Assembly (NCBI RefSeq): GCF_009914755.1
Contig: NC_060930.1
DNA from: the human T2T-CHM13v2.0 reference genome, Homo sapiens
Length of the DNA stretch: 64,000 bases
Reading direction: 5' to 3' (one strand)
Part shown: positions 1 to 14,163 of the stretch, one piece after another
How the letters are laid out: the number at the start of each line of letters is the position of its first letter
How positions within the stretch are numbered: position 1 is the stretch's first letter
Program-made: the position numbers and the translations under genes
The notes under the pieces: generated by a model
The model's database searches: none
What the model saw: the letters and a program-made list of their open reading frames with translations, nothing else
Told to the model about the DNA's origin: nothing

Positions 1-69
1 CAAAAAGTTTAAATTGTATACAATTAAAAAATTAACTTACTTGAAGTGAAATATGATTTTATTTTAAAA

Positions 70-1330
70 ATTTTTGTGTGCCTTTAATGTCCTAGGCACT
101 CTTGTAGGTACTGCGATAAAATAATGAACAAAAGAGAGAAATTCCTGTGTTCAAGGACATTTAATTCAAGTAGTAAGAGAGAAAATAAACAGTTAAGTGA
201 CAGACTTATTAGGAAGTGCTAATTGCTAGGAAGGGAATAAAAGGTAATTGAATAGAGTGACATAGTGTTATTTTTATATAATGTAGGTAGGCTTGTAAGA
301 GAAACTTCTATACAAAGCCTGATAAAATAATACAGAAAAGCATGCTATCAGAGGGAAGTGATACACACCCAGATAGAATAGCAGAGGCCAACACTGTGGA
401 ATTGAGGGAGAAATTAGATTAGAGAGGTAGCTAGGGGCCATATTATACAGGATTTAGCAGACCAATGTAAGGAGTATGTGCTTTGTTCAAGTATTTTGGG
501 AAGCTACGGAAGATTTTGAACATGGGAGTGAAGTGATATGCTTTAATTTTAAAATGATCACTCTGGGTGCTAGATAGTGAATATATTTTAACATCAGAAG
601 AGGGAAGATGGAGACAAATTAAGATGTCATATTTCAGGCAAGAGATGATGGGGGCTTAGACTAGGATCATTGCAATATAGGTTGTGAAAGTGGTTGAATT
701 AAAATGTATTTTGAAGATGCAGCCAATGGGATTTGCTGATGGACTGCATGGAGATGTGTGAGCAAAGAGTTAAGAATAACTCCACAGTTTTGGCCTGAGA
801 AACTGGGTAATAATGATGCCATCCACTGAGGTGGACAACACTAGGCAGAACACAGTTGGAATAAATCCTCAGTACTAATCAGTCTGAGGTATTATATGGA
901 TACCTGAATGAACATGTTAGTAGTTATTTGGGTATATGAGTTGAGAGTTCAGGGGAGACACAAAGATTCATAGAACATATTTGGGAATTATTAGTATATT
1001 TATGGTATTTTTTAAATGGTTGAAATTCCTCAATCAGTGAACATATCTAAAAATAGAAATAATGATGATCTAAACAATTATGTGATCCACTAATAGTAAG
1101 AGAAAACAATGATGAAATTGATAATTGCGGAAACATGGAGTGCAAGTTTACAAGGTATTTTACATAAACAAAATAGGTAAAATGCTACTGATAATATGAC
1201 CACAATGTGGAAAGAAAATGGCAATGGAGAATAATTAGTGACCTCCAACAAGAAGAATACCATTTTAATCTTGGGATTAAAGCATGATTGGAAGTGGGAT
1301 TGAAAGAGAATAGGTAGTGAGGAAATGGAT
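70..1330 (-). mobile_element. Degraded L2 LINE 3' region (approximate ends)
   Basis: Plus strand resembles reverse-complement L2 text, e.g. taggcact...aatgaacaaaagagagaaattcctg and ttttaaaatgatcactctgggtgct. Confidence 0.6.
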
Positions 1331-1539
1331 ATTCAATAGACAGCAGGTTTCAAAATTCTTTTTTTTAAACAAATCGAGTAGTAGTTTAACACTTTTTACA
1401 CATTGTAGAAAGATTCAAAAACAAAATGAGGAAAAGGTAAATATTTATTCATATGCTGATAGCAAGTGATATAGTATGGAGAGAATAATTTATGCTGGAG
1501 AAAATAAATGCAGGATAAACTTTTCTTAACAATAAATGA

Positions 1540-1825
1540 GGCTGGGTGCAGTGGCTCATGCCTATAATCCCAGCACTTTGATAGGCTGAGGCAGGCAGAT
1601 GACTTGAGGTCAGGAGTTCAAGAACAGCCTTGCCAACATGGTGAAACCCCATCTTTACTAAAAATACAAAAATTAGCTGGGTGTGGTGGCAAGCACCCGT
1701 AATCCCAGCTACTTGGGAGGCTGAGGCAGGAGAATTGCTTGAGGTGGAGGTTGCAGTGAGCAGAGATTGCACCACTGCACTCCAGCCTAGGCGACAACAG
1801 CGAGACTCCATCGGAAAAAAGAAAA
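1540..1825 (+). mobile_element. AluS-type SINE with a small internal deletion in the right arm
   Basis: ggctgggtgcagtggctcatgcctataatcccagcactttg, central tactaaaaatacaaaaatt linker, A-rich tail. Confidence 0.95.
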
Positions 1826-2187
1826 TATGATAATAATAATGGAGAGAATCCATACAGCAGTAGGGCAGTAGGGTTGACAATAGACAGGAATGTGGAAAAA
1901 CAGAAAATGTAGTCTATGAATGCAGATGCGTATAGTTTGGTAGTTGTTAGTGCGAAGATAAAGAAGCTTTCTTCTGATGGCTTTTATTTTCTCAGGGATA
2001 TAAGAAACAAAGACAATTGAAACTTCAATAGAGAAAGGATTGATAATGGTGTAAAAAGATAAAGCTAGAATAGTAGGCTAGGATACTCAGAAATTCAATT
2101 GATTCAGAAGAAGCAGGATTGTCAGGCAGCACCAAGGGCTTTCTTGAGATTTGTGGTCAAGAAATCAAGGTAAGAACATTCATTCTC

Positions 2188-2256
2188 ATTCTCTCTCTCT
2201 CTCTCTCCCTCCCCCCACTCATAATTTTTCTCTGTGTGTGTTTGCGTGTGTGTGTT
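2188..2256. repeat. (CT)n and (TG)n microsatellites
   Basis: Direct reading. Confidence 0.8.
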
Positions 2257-4334
2257 TCTTTAAGCACATGCATTTTTTTTTCTGACAAGTAAGAGTGATT
2301 TTAATAATGAGTCCTATAATGTAGGCTGGGAACATGGGAAATAAGGATTTTTTTTTTTTTAACAAGAGTCAAAATTGGCAGCCTGAAAATAGCATTAATG
2401 AGCAATTCTTGGAAGACTTCTATTTTCCTACTCACCTCTTCAGCTAATGTCATGCCAGCCTCTTGGTCATTGCTCTGTGCTTCTTTCCTGCTGCAACTTC
2501 TATCCTCCTGGTGTTTATTTTGCCCTGTGCTAGAAACTGCATTGATATTTTACTCTCTGAAGTTCCATTAACATGCATTTTTGTTTGCATTATAGAATTT
2601 CACTAAGGGTTTGAAGAAATAATTTAGAGCACGGTAGAAAAAATAAGTTGAATTTTATGTGTTGCCCTTTTAGCAATTTGTTGGCTTTTTTGAACAGAAC
2701 TATCTAACTGGCCCTTAGGTTCTGGCTCACCAAATCTTGTCAAATCTATTTTCTCACTGTGTATGTCCTCACCTCTATCTCCACCTATCATTTCCTATGA
2801 AGGGGAAAAGACCCACCAATAATGACATTTCAGCTTTCTAAAATACAATAGCTGGCTTTGATGCTCACTCACAAATAGTATCAAAATCACCAGTCAGGCA
2901 TTCCCATTCATTCAGATTTTTCAGTTAGCATTTTGGTGGTTCTCTCTTAGACATTAACCGATATTCAAGGATTTTCTCATATTAAAGGGATATCTCTAAA
3001 TAAATAGATACATAAACAAGAAAATAGCACATACACGCAGAAAAAAAGAAATTTTGAAACACTGAGGCAAGGCAGGAAAAAAACATACAAAAAGCTTCAT
3101 AAATATTATTTTAGAGAAAATATAAGATATTTTGTTTGTGAACATTGCAGAATGCACTAAAAATATTAGGTAAGATAGACAAGTTTTGGGGAACTGAAAT
3201 GAAAGCTAAATATTAACAATGTAATAGAGGCACTGGAAAAGAAGATGTAAGTAAATCCTCAAATGAGCAAAAAATAAAATTAGAGAGGAATATTGATATA
3301 TTTACAATATTATTGACAATGACTTCTGACTAATAACATTTTTGATATAACTATGTGGGGAGGAAAGAGTAAGAAAACATATTTGGTTAGGGGGATAGGG
3401 ATAAGCTAAGTTTTAATTATCCATAGAAACAATTAGATATGTGAAACACAGAAGAGAAAAGTTCAAGAAATGGTAGTATAATTGTGCCATTTAGAAATAT
3501 AGAGGTAAATATCAGAAGTATTAAGAGTGTTGAAAGAAGTTGCTTCTGGAAGCAGGTCTGCTGTGTTTTATATTATTCTCCCACCTCCTCACTCCTGCTT
3601 TATACAGGCAAATCATACCTTTTCCAGAGCTGTCGCTGGTATAACACCTCTTTCTTCCTAGTGTCATTATAGAATTAGTTACCTGATTCTGTAACTGTTA
3701 AGCATAGTCATTGCTAAACACAGGGCCCTCATTACACACAGGCGGAAAAAGCAAAGCATTTTGAGGAATCTGTGAATTTGTAAGTCCTTTAAAATCAGAT
3801 TAGTCTTTGTACATTGTATATTTTTTTCCTAATACCTCAAGACTGCAAGACTGCTAACTATAGCTAAAATTCTGAGGTGCTTCCCCTATTTAATTTATGA
3901 TATGATGGTGCTTTTTTATATAATTGTATATACATGCTATGAAGATTCTAATGTCCCATAGACATATCAAAGCTTCTTTTTTGCTTTACTCTCTTCTTCT
4001 AATTATTCAATTACATAAAAATATAAATATCAGTTAGTAAGGAACTATTTCATCTTTATATGTAATTAAGTGTAATTTTGGTTCTTGATCTCTCTCTACC
4101 TCTCCCTCTCTATACACATTTGTATATCTGTGTTTGTACCAATATATTATAGGCATCTTGAACCCAAACCTAATCAACTTTTTCCGTAGCTTTCCCTTAA
4201 TGTTCCATTTAAATTCACTTCCCCAACTCCTTACCTTCATCCTGGTCCCCATAATCATTTGTTTTTAATTTCTTTTTAGAATTTTTCCTGTGGAAAGTTA
4301 ATACCATATAAGGCAATTAAGCTATTATATCTCA

Positions 4335-4520
4335 TATATATCTATATATACATATTTATATATATTTATTTATAGGTTTGTGTTTATATTTTACACACAT
4401 ACTTATGTATAAGAGATTTTATATATATATATATACACACACATATATTTGTATACACATGCTCTAGTATGTATATTATACTGGCCTTATTTTATATATT
4501 ATGTGTGTGTATAATATATA
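4335..4520. repeat. TA/CA-rich low-complexity tract
   Basis: Runs of tatata and cacaca. Confidence 0.75.
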
Positions 4521-7500
4521 AAATAAATGTGAATAAATTTTTTTTTTGGTCATAGCTTTCTGTCAGAACTTTGAGAGTTAAATCCTCCAACCCTTCTAGG
4601 AAGTAGTATTGCCATTCTCTGACACACCTGGCCTGAATTGATGCCTGAATCAATTCAGAATTTACTACATCTATTGAGACACTTTGTCCATCCTGATTAC
4701 TGCATAACAAGTTCACCTCATGTCTCATGCTAGTGCATTAATCCAGGTGCAAAAACTACCCCCTAACAATTGTATGTGAGCTGGGTTTTTGTACCCTTAT
4801 CATCATTTTTTTGACATTAAAAAGAAAGCTCATTTCTTTCAATATGAGAAGCCTAAAATAGAGTTAACTGAAAGTCATACACATGAGGACAAGTTATTGA
4901 TTGTAGTGGCAGGAGACTAAGTGCCGAATGATGTTGTATAACAGATTCACTGTGCCAAGTCTAAATGTCTGGAATATCATCTGTGGGAAAATTCAACTTC
5001 TTATTTTAGCCACTGTATTTTAATATTTTAGCATTTTTTTGTTAGCAAAGGTAATCTTATCTGGATGAATATATTCAGTTATACATTTTTTTCATATCTT
5101 TGGAAATATCTCCGATTACTTTACATATTTAGTTGGATTTTGTTCAATATCTCTCTTTACCGTAACATAAGCTCCTTTAGGGTAGGGAACCTTCTCTGTT
5201 ATGTTCACCAGACTTTACTGAGAGTTTTCAACAAGGCTTGGGACGTAAGAGGCACATACACATTTGTGACATTAGCAAATAGAAAATGCAATTGCATTCT
5301 GCGTCCATTCATGGTTATAACTCAATAAAATAAGATATTGGCTATTAAAATTTGCATCTGGATAGTAAATCTAGAATATAAATCTTCAATGTAAACTCTG
5401 TAAGTTTTATTCCTTCTTTGCAATTGTTCCTCTTGCCATTTAAGTTGATTTAAGGGCTTACTTAAATAAACATTGTTTTAAGAAAAGCCAAGGACAGTCT
5501 ATAAAATAAGTTAATTAAAAGTACTATTAATGTTTGTAATTCAATGATATAAACATCATTTTTCAAAGTGCAATTTCAATGTGTAAGATCCAGCTTTTGA
5601 TAAAAGAGAAATGGATTTGCGAGTTCTAAGTGATAAAGGCAATTTTATAATGAGGTTTTGGATTTCAAATGAGGATGAGACAGCTTGGACATAGTAAGCA
5701 AAGCCCATGGAAGAGAACATGGACATCAAGAGTCTATACCAGTACACAGTACCCAAATACCAGGGACAATGTCTTTCTCCATTGCGTCCAGATTAAACAG
5801 AGCAAAAGAGTGACGGATCTCTGAATAAAAAAGATATTCAACTCCAAAACTGATATAACTGAATTTTGTCTTGAAAAAGTCACACATCGACTTGGCACAT
5901 TGACATTTTCTTCTGTTAGATGAAATTTTACCCATACATTATATGGAATTCATTATGACACAAATAACACATATGTTTGCACATTTGAGTTGTGAAAGTG
6001 AATTTTAAATCTTGTCACATAAGGGAAAAGTGGTTGAGCACAATTCAGTTGCCTGTTTAATGTAGCTCCTGCCTACATTAACAGAAAAAGGAAATGGTAA
6101 ATGCTATGTTAATAATGTTGCTGTCGTTGACAAAAAGAAATGATTACTATTAATCTAAAGCTAAATATAATCAAATACCAAATATTTTCCTAAATGTTTA
6201 TATCTATAGACTTATAGTTATCAATCAAACAAAAAATAAACACTAAACCCTTTGTGTTTAAATTATTACAGATGCATAATGTGTAATTAGAAATTTGAAG
6301 TTGCTTTTACATCTTTTATTTCCCATTCAATTAATTATCTTTATATTCTATTTTAATATATCTTGTTAAACTAGGAACTCAGCTGACATATTGTACCAGA
6401 GTAGACTAAACTTTGATGGAGAGAAGAGATAAAATGGTGAGCAAGTAGATTTGGGGAGTCTCCTCAGATGAACTGATAATTAAATCAGAATTTCACAAAA
6501 CTATAAGTTCAGTGGATAAAATGGGTGATATAGAAGAAAATAACAGAAGCCAAGAGTCTAAGAAAAGATTCCTATAGAAAGTTGCATCTGAGTTATGGTA
6601 TGAGGGTCAGTACTTGCAATAGGATAAATGGGGTATTTTAGGCAGCAGAAACAATATAATAATAATATCTTTACAATAACCAAAAATGTACAATTGATCA
6701 ATTGTCCATATTTTCCCAAACTATATGCTTCTTTATACATGTACTCAAGGCAGATTGTTTTACTTCTTATGTAGATTGGGCATTTGGCAAAAAATGTATT
6801 CAGAAGACAGCTTAGTTATCTCAAGCAGAAAATATTATAACTGAATATAGTCATACGTTTGCATGTGTATATGAAACATATCCAAGAAAAAATGTGCATC
6901 GCTTTGAAGCAAACATAATTATATTTTATTATTCTGAACTATTGAATTGTATATGTTTTCTACATGGCATTATTATCAAAGTTATTATTTCTGAGATAGG
7001 ACTTAGGCATTTTAAAAATATTTATACTTTTCTAGGAGATATATAAATATTAATATAGATATAAACACAAATGTAGACATGACTACATGTAATCACATTT
7101 AAAGTCCTAAGCACAAGTTCATAAACTTTTATCTACAGATTAATAATATATAATCGTGTCTAGTTAAGAGGAGACTTCTTGCTAAATGAGTGAATATTTT
7201 AGAAAGCAATATAAATTTATTTATATTCATCTTTCCTATATTTAAATCACTAATAATTAAAACTCAAATTCGTAAGCCAATATTCTTTAGGAAAGACAAA
7301 GTTAGACAACACTGCAAATCTACTGATAAACTGATTTATATCTTTTGCAAGATAAAATGCAAGCCTTTGATCATATGCCATCACTTGTGTACTTCCTGTT
7401 CATTAAATTCAGTCAACTCACTACCACTACATGTGTAAATTTGGACTCTATCTGTGATAGTGTTTAATTAAAAATACTCTAGATAAATTAATTATAGAAT

Positions 7501-10296
7501 GGCTTTAAATAGTCAACTTTGTAAATGTTTATTATCTTCTTCCAATTCTAGATACCACAAGTCTTCATAAGAATAAGAACCATGTCAGCCTTGATCATCA
7601 CAAAACCTCAACAGCTAATAGAATACAAATCATAAAATGAAGAAGTATCGAGTTAATCACTGATAGCCTGTGTACATATTATTTAATGTGTTCTTCAAAG
7701 AATGCTCTGATTTAGATAATTAAGAATCATAAACTTTCCTGGTCAGAGTCTTGAAAAATTTATATCCTTAATAACTTGGTTAAATGTATTCATAGGTGTA
7801 GGCAAAGCTAAATTTTTCTGAATAATATATTTGGTTACCAAATTTTAACACATTTAATATTGTATTTAATGTTATTTTAACTTTCCTCTCTATCACTAAT
7901 ACCATTACATTCAAATTTTGTTTTTTTCTGATGGAGCAAAGCTAGAGTAGAAATAAAACTGGAATTAGAGAGGGATGTGTATTTTGGTTCCGGCTCTGTC
8001 ACTACCAGATGTATGATCTTGAAAAATATACAAAAGTATAACATCCTTGTGTTTTAAAGTTTAAGATTCTTTAAGTAAAACCTTGCAGTGTCATGACTCT
8101 CTTGAAATGGAACAACCTAAAAATGAATAGATTTGAACATCTCACAAAACAGTAATGCTTTAGGAGCCTTGAAAAAAAGATTTCCAGAGAAGGCTAAGAA
8201 AAATAAATGTTATTAAGTGTCTGAGAATAAGAAAAAGCTTTATCTGTCCATGTATGAAAGAGAAGGTCAATTTGAATGTCAAAAGAGCATGTACAGAAAA
8301 ACAAATACATGTAACTTTCTTGAGGGGGAAAACTTCTTTTTGAATGTCCAGTCATGTATCTTTCTTGGTTTGAAACCAAACTGTAACACATATTTCATAA
8401 TATTTTTTCTATATTCAACTGTAAATTCTGAAAGTGGTACACTTTTAATTTCTTATCTTCCACTGAACCTAAAAATGGACAAGTGAGCAGTTTTGCTCAG
8501 TGACATATTAGCAGGTTTTGATTGTTATTCTAAAAAGGTTCTCCTTATAGAAAGACTCAATACAGTTAGCACCACTCTTTTCCCTTGACTCAAGTGTAGA
8601 AATAATGACTTAAGTCATTGCAGTAGCAATTCTGAATGCATGAACCTATAATCATGAATTAAAAACTAAGAAAACCATTACCCCATCCTGGTACTGTCAA
8701 GTCACTGGACCAACAACCATTAGCTGTCTACCTACAGAATTCTTATTATGTAAGAAAAAATGAACCCTATCTATTAAGGATAACAATTAATTGAGTTTTC
8801 TTTTACTTGTAGCTGTACCAATATGCAAACATATATTAAAACATCTTAAATCATGTGCCACTGGTAACATCTTAGATAATATCATTTTAAAACAATGCTA
8901 AGTACCATATTTTGAAATGAAATTAAAGAGGTTATCAAAAGAAAAATAAAGAACATGTTAATCTTTCAAATGTTGATACATTTAAAATATCAGAGCAAGG
9001 TGTTATAACAAATAATTTTACAAAATGTGTTTCTTAGTCATGTTGAGCTCAGTGTGTTGTTTCTTATTTTAATACTTCTAGCAGCAGTAACAACAACAAG
9101 GTGAATGGCATTGCTGAGTGGATATATATGGTTCTACATTGATAGCTCAATAATTTTGAAGATAATGGGCAATGTGAAACTTAGAAAGTAAACTGTTTTA
9201 TAGTTGAAATTTAATGTTTCTTGTATATTATATGTAATGAACTTTGCAGAAAATGATACTTTTTGGGAAATATTAACTTAATCTGATAGTTTTTGTGTAT
9301 ATGAGATTTGTTACCAAGATTACCTCTGAAGCCATCAAGATTTCTCAGGAAAGACAACTTCATATTTCTTTTTAAGGTCACGTAACTTTCTCTCACCTTT
9401 TGATTACTTATTCTCTGGAAATACTTCTAGTTCCTTTCCATTTTTGCTTGCCAATATAATTTCCATGTGTCTAGTATTATTTTATCGCTGCTGGCAGAGA
9501 ACCTAATATTAGATGTATTTAACTACTCATCCCTCAGGATAGAAATCCATATGATTTTAGTGCTGCACAAATCAGATGTTAATAAACTGAGATTTGAGAT
9601 GTAAATACATTATTGTAATCTCTGTGGGAATTGTCTGAAAAAATACATATGAAACAAAATAACACAAAACTATATTATTGTTAGTCCCATATCATTAATA
9701 CTAGTATGCCAAAACTAAAACAATATAGCTATTTGTATTTTGTAAATGCAATTTCTCACCAGAAATTTAGAGGGCTAATGCCTCTACCTTCTATAAGCTC
9801 CCTGATGACTTTTGCCTTTATGTTTGGATAAAATTTATGTTGTGAAATAATTGATACTGACAGCTAATGCCAATCTTCTTTTGCTTTACATTTAAATTCA
9901 CAATGGCTGTCTTTTTTATGTAAATATTTTTAATGCTAAGCATATTCTAGAAATGACAGTTTCGTAACAGATATAATAATGTTATTTCTGTTAGATTACC
10001 CATACAGAAATACTTTTTTGTATATTATAGCCATGCAAACTTACTAAAGATACATTTACTGTAAAAGATAAAAATGTAAGATAACTTAAAATCTAATCTT
10101 AGGATTTAATAAATTGAAGATAAAACACATAATTTTACTTCTTATTAATTTCTTTTATAAGAGACAAATTATCTCTTGACATTTTTGCCCTGTTTGCATC
10201 TGGCAGATTATTTCAGGTTTTGGAGTATAAATATGAGGTTTCTATTTGCTTGCAGACAGAAATATGTTGCTGCACATGGGACAGATATGGATTTAC

Positions 10297-10442
10297 CTGT
10301 ATAACCAGGGGCACAGAGGCAGTTGTATCCATCAGTCCTGTAGACACAATTTTCTTCATCTAGACAAGGTGAGATTTTACATTTATTTACATCAAGTTCA
10401 CAGAAGGGCCCATGGTACTCAGGTTCACAATTACAAAAAAAT
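10297..10442 (-). CDS. EYS: EYS coding exon (exon 19), 146 nt, phase 2 to 1
   Basis: Acceptor cttttctccag|A, donor CAG|GTAAAT. Reads (R)FFCNCEPEYHGPFCELDVNKCKISPCLDEENCVYRTDGYNCLCAPGYT(G); lies within track ORF 10208..10492. Confidence 0.97.
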
Positions 10443-10708
10443 CTGGAGAAAAGTGGAGAAATGAGAAATAGCCATGTAACAATGATAATCATTTATTATA
10501 TATGATTCATATTTATATTTTAAATTCAAGACATTCAACTTAATTGAAATAAATAATATATGTATTTCATTTTTTTCTTTGAAAAAATATAGCAATTCCC
10601 CTTGCAAAATTTTGTTCTGCTCAAATGTTCTTTATGTGTGAAATTTTGAAAAACAATGTGTTAGGTAAATAATTACTGTAACCTGATAAATACTAGTATC
10701 AAAATATA

Positions 10709-11053
10709 GATGAGGTCATGTCCTTTGTAGGGACATGGATGAAGCTGGAAACCATCATTCTCAGCAAACTATCACAAGGACAAAAAACCAAACACCGCAT
10801 GTTCTCACTCATAGGTGGGAAGTGAACAATGAGAACACATGGACACAGGAAGGGGAACATCACACACCGGGGACTGTTGTGGGGTGGGGGGAGGGGGGAG
10901 GGATAGCATTGGGAGATATACCTAATATTAAATGATGAGTTGATGGGTGCAGCACACCAACGTGGCACATGTATACATATGTAACAAATCTGCACGTTGT
11001 GCACATGTACCCTGAAACTTAAAGTATAATAATAATAAACAAACAAAAAAAAG
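10709..11053 (+). mobile_element. 5'-truncated young L1PA 3' end (L1PA3-5-like) with A-rich tail
   Basis: catgtcctttgtagggacatggatgaagctggaaacc, G-rich 3'UTR tract, aaacttaaagtataataataataaa. Confidence 0.93.
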
Positions 11054-11515
11054 AAATAATTTCCAAAGGAGATATTAAACTGATCGAAACTGTATACTTA
11101 GCAAAAATATCTCTTCATAGTTTTTCCTTTTAGAAGTCTAGATAAAGAAGCTTTAGCAACTTTCCATAACATGTTTTTGAGCTAGATTTCTATTTAGATT
11201 TTTTAGGAAACTCTTCCTAATTAACTTCACTCATCATTTTATAACCACAGAAGTCTAACATTCCCCATGCTCCTCCTTTTACTTCTTCAACCTACATTAA
11301 TTAATTGAGCGCCAGACATTAGTCATGTACCCATATTCAAGTGTAAATTAAACTAGAGCTTGCTTTTGAAAGTCTCAGGAACAGGACAGGAATACAGATA
11401 TGTAAACATTACAGTAAATACATGTCAATTGAGACAGGTCCTGTTAAAGCATGGCTAGCTGCTAGACAAGAGGTGACAGAAAAGGTCTTACTCAGTATTA
11501 ATAAAGAAGGAGCAG

Positions 11516-12090
11516 GATCAGTGTTTTAAAATTCTGAATATGAATGAAAACATGCAGTATTTTTCTTTCTGTGCCTGGCATATTTCATTTACAATAATGT
11601 CCTCCAGGATCATGTATGTTGTTACAAATAACAGGACTTCATTCTTTTTCATGGCTGAAGAGTATTTCATTGTTTATGTATACTACATATTTTTTATTCA
11701 TTCATCTCTTAAGTAAAGTAAGCCAGACAGTAGGGGAGAGGGGATAGGAAAGATTGATTGATGGGTGCAAAATTACAATTAGAAAGGAAGAATAAATTTG
11801 GTGTCCTATTGCACAGTACGGTGACTGTAGTAAACAGTAAGGTATTGTATATTCAAAAGAGCTAGAGGAGAAAATTTTGAATGTTTGCACCACAAAGAAA
11901 TGATGAATGTTTGAGGTGATCTCTATGCTAATTATCCTTATTCGTTCATCACAAACGAATGAACAAATGTGCTGTAATACAATGTATTATGTAGTATAAT
12001 GATACAATGTATTCATGTATCAAAACAACACAACAAAACAACACATAAATATATCAATTATGTGTAAATGAAAAATAAAATTAATAGAAA
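11516..12090 (+). mobile_element. L1MA-type 3' end with inverted 5' segment
   Basis: About 11516-11709 is reverse-complement L1 3'UTR; about 11720-12090 is a forward L1MA 3' end. Confidence 0.75.
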
Positions 12091-13095
12091 AAGAAAGAGT
12101 AAGGAATCTTTGTATCAGTTGGACAGAAGGCATTAAAATGTCATGTGCAATGGGATACTGGGTGAAAGAGTAGAGTATTTCCCAAGAGCTCTTCATGTGA
12201 CTAGGGAATTGACTATAATCACCTTTTTGGAGTAACACTAATCCAAATACTAACTTCTTGAATTTTTGTTCAAATAGTCAAACTGTTTTTCTCCATTGTA
12301 TTCATTTTGCGAATATCTCCCCATCTAGTGAGAAGTAATGTAATGAATCTGCTAAATGTCTTACTAAAATCAAGATATGTTTGTTAATAATACTGTCTTT
12401 GCTACTTTGTGTTCTCACTGAATTAATGATGATCCCAAGGAATCACAGAATAGAGAGAAATTGGACACAGAATTCTCAGAAATAGCAGTGAAAGGTATCT
12501 CAAGAAATGATTTGTTTCATACTGACAAATTTAAAAATGTTATATTACTATAAAAACAATGACTTTCATTTCAATTTATGTATTTCTTTCATGTACTTCT
12601 GACAGTTCTATTATATTTTTAGAAGTTTCAAAATCTACTTTGTATTTTGAAATATTGAATACTAGAAAATTATTTGGGGATATCTTGCTTTTTCAGTGAT
12701 TTATGATAATCACCACCAATTGTTTCAATTTTTTTTAAACAGTAGTTTACTACTTAATTTATAGAATTTTCTCTCTCTCTCATTTTGAAAATCAGAAAAT
12801 CATAACATCCCTTGTCTTTTGCTCCCCAAATTTTGTTTTCTGTGATTTTCATTATCTTAAATATACTTACTTACTTGTTGCATAAGTTAATGGGAAATTT
12901 TTGTGAAATGTCTTTTTGTCATGATGAAGATGTGGGTTTTGCTGAGTATTAATTTTTTTTTGTCTGTATAGTTATCTTGAAGATACATGAAAGGATTCAG
13001 ATTTTGACACCTACCCATAATTCTTGTTTTTTCAATTATGATTTCCTTCTGAATTTTGCCTTTTGAACCCTTTGTTAGTTTTTACTAAATGTTAT

Positions 13096-14163
13096 TGTTG
13101 CGGGAAGTCAGGGACCCCAAATGGAGGGACCGACTGAAGCCATGACAGAAGAACGTGGATTGTGAAGATTTCATGGACGTTTACTAGTTCCCCAAATTAA
13201 TACTTTTATAATTTCTTATGCCTGTCTTTACTGCAATCTCTAAACATAAATTGTGAAGATTTCATGGACACTTATCACGTCCCCAGTCAATACCCTTGTG
13301 ATTTCCTATGCCCGTCTTTACTTTAATCTTTTAATCCTGTCAGCTGAGGAAGATGTATGTCGCCTCAGGACCTTGTGATAATTGCATTAACTGCACAAAT
13401 TGTAGAGCATGTGTGTTTAAACAATATGAAATCTGGGCACCTTAAAAAAAGAACAGGATAACAGCAACTGTTCAGGGAATAAGAGAGATAACCTTAAACT
13501 CTGACCGCCGGTGAGCTGGGTGGAACGGAGCCATATTTCTCTTCTTTCAAAAGCAACTGGGAGAAATATCACTGAATTCTTTTTCTCAGCAAGGAACATC
13601 CCTGGGAAAGAGAATATGCACCTGGAGGTATAGGCCTATAAATGCCCCCCCCCCCTCAAGGTGTGCCCATCTCTTATGGTTGAGACTGCAGGGGTAAAAT
13701 AGACCCCAGTCTCCCATAGCGCTCCCAGGCTTATTAGGAAGAGGAAATTCCTGCCTGATAAATTTTGGTCAGACCAGTTGCTCTCAAAACCCTGTCTCCT
13801 GATAAGATGTTATCAATGACAATGGTGCCCAAAACTTCATTAGCAATTTTAATTTCGTCCTGGTCCTGTGATCTCGCCCTGCCTCCATTTGCCTTGTGAT
13901 ATTCTATTACCTTGTAAAGTACTTGATGTCTGTAACCCACACCTATTCGCACACTTCCTCCCCTTTGAAAATCCCTAATAAAAACTTGCTGGTTTTTGCG
14001 GCTTGTGAGGCATCACGGAACCTACAGACATGTGATGTCTCCCCTGGACGCCCAGCTTTAAAATTTCCCTCTTTTGTACGCTGTCCCTTTATTTCTCAAG
14101 CCAGCTGACGCTTAAGGAAAATAGAAAAGAACCTACGTGAATATCAGGGCAGGTTCCCCGATA
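13096..14163 (+). mobile_element. MER11 (probably MER11C; HERVK11/HML-8) solo LTR, 1068 bp
   Basis: Starts TGTTGCGGGAAGTCAGGGACCCC, ends GCAGGTTCCCCGATA. Perfect 6-bp TSD TGTTAT at 13090-13095 and 14164-14169; AATAAA near 13977. Confidence 0.93.

Noticed and set aside
1449-1880. 143-aa ORF (also 40643..40915, 42803..43138, 30642..30875)
   Set aside because: Translations of Alu sequence, not genes.
5556-5935. Overlapping ORFs with KCQC text as an extra EYS exon
   Set aside because: No EGF six-Cys pattern and no convincing splice pair.
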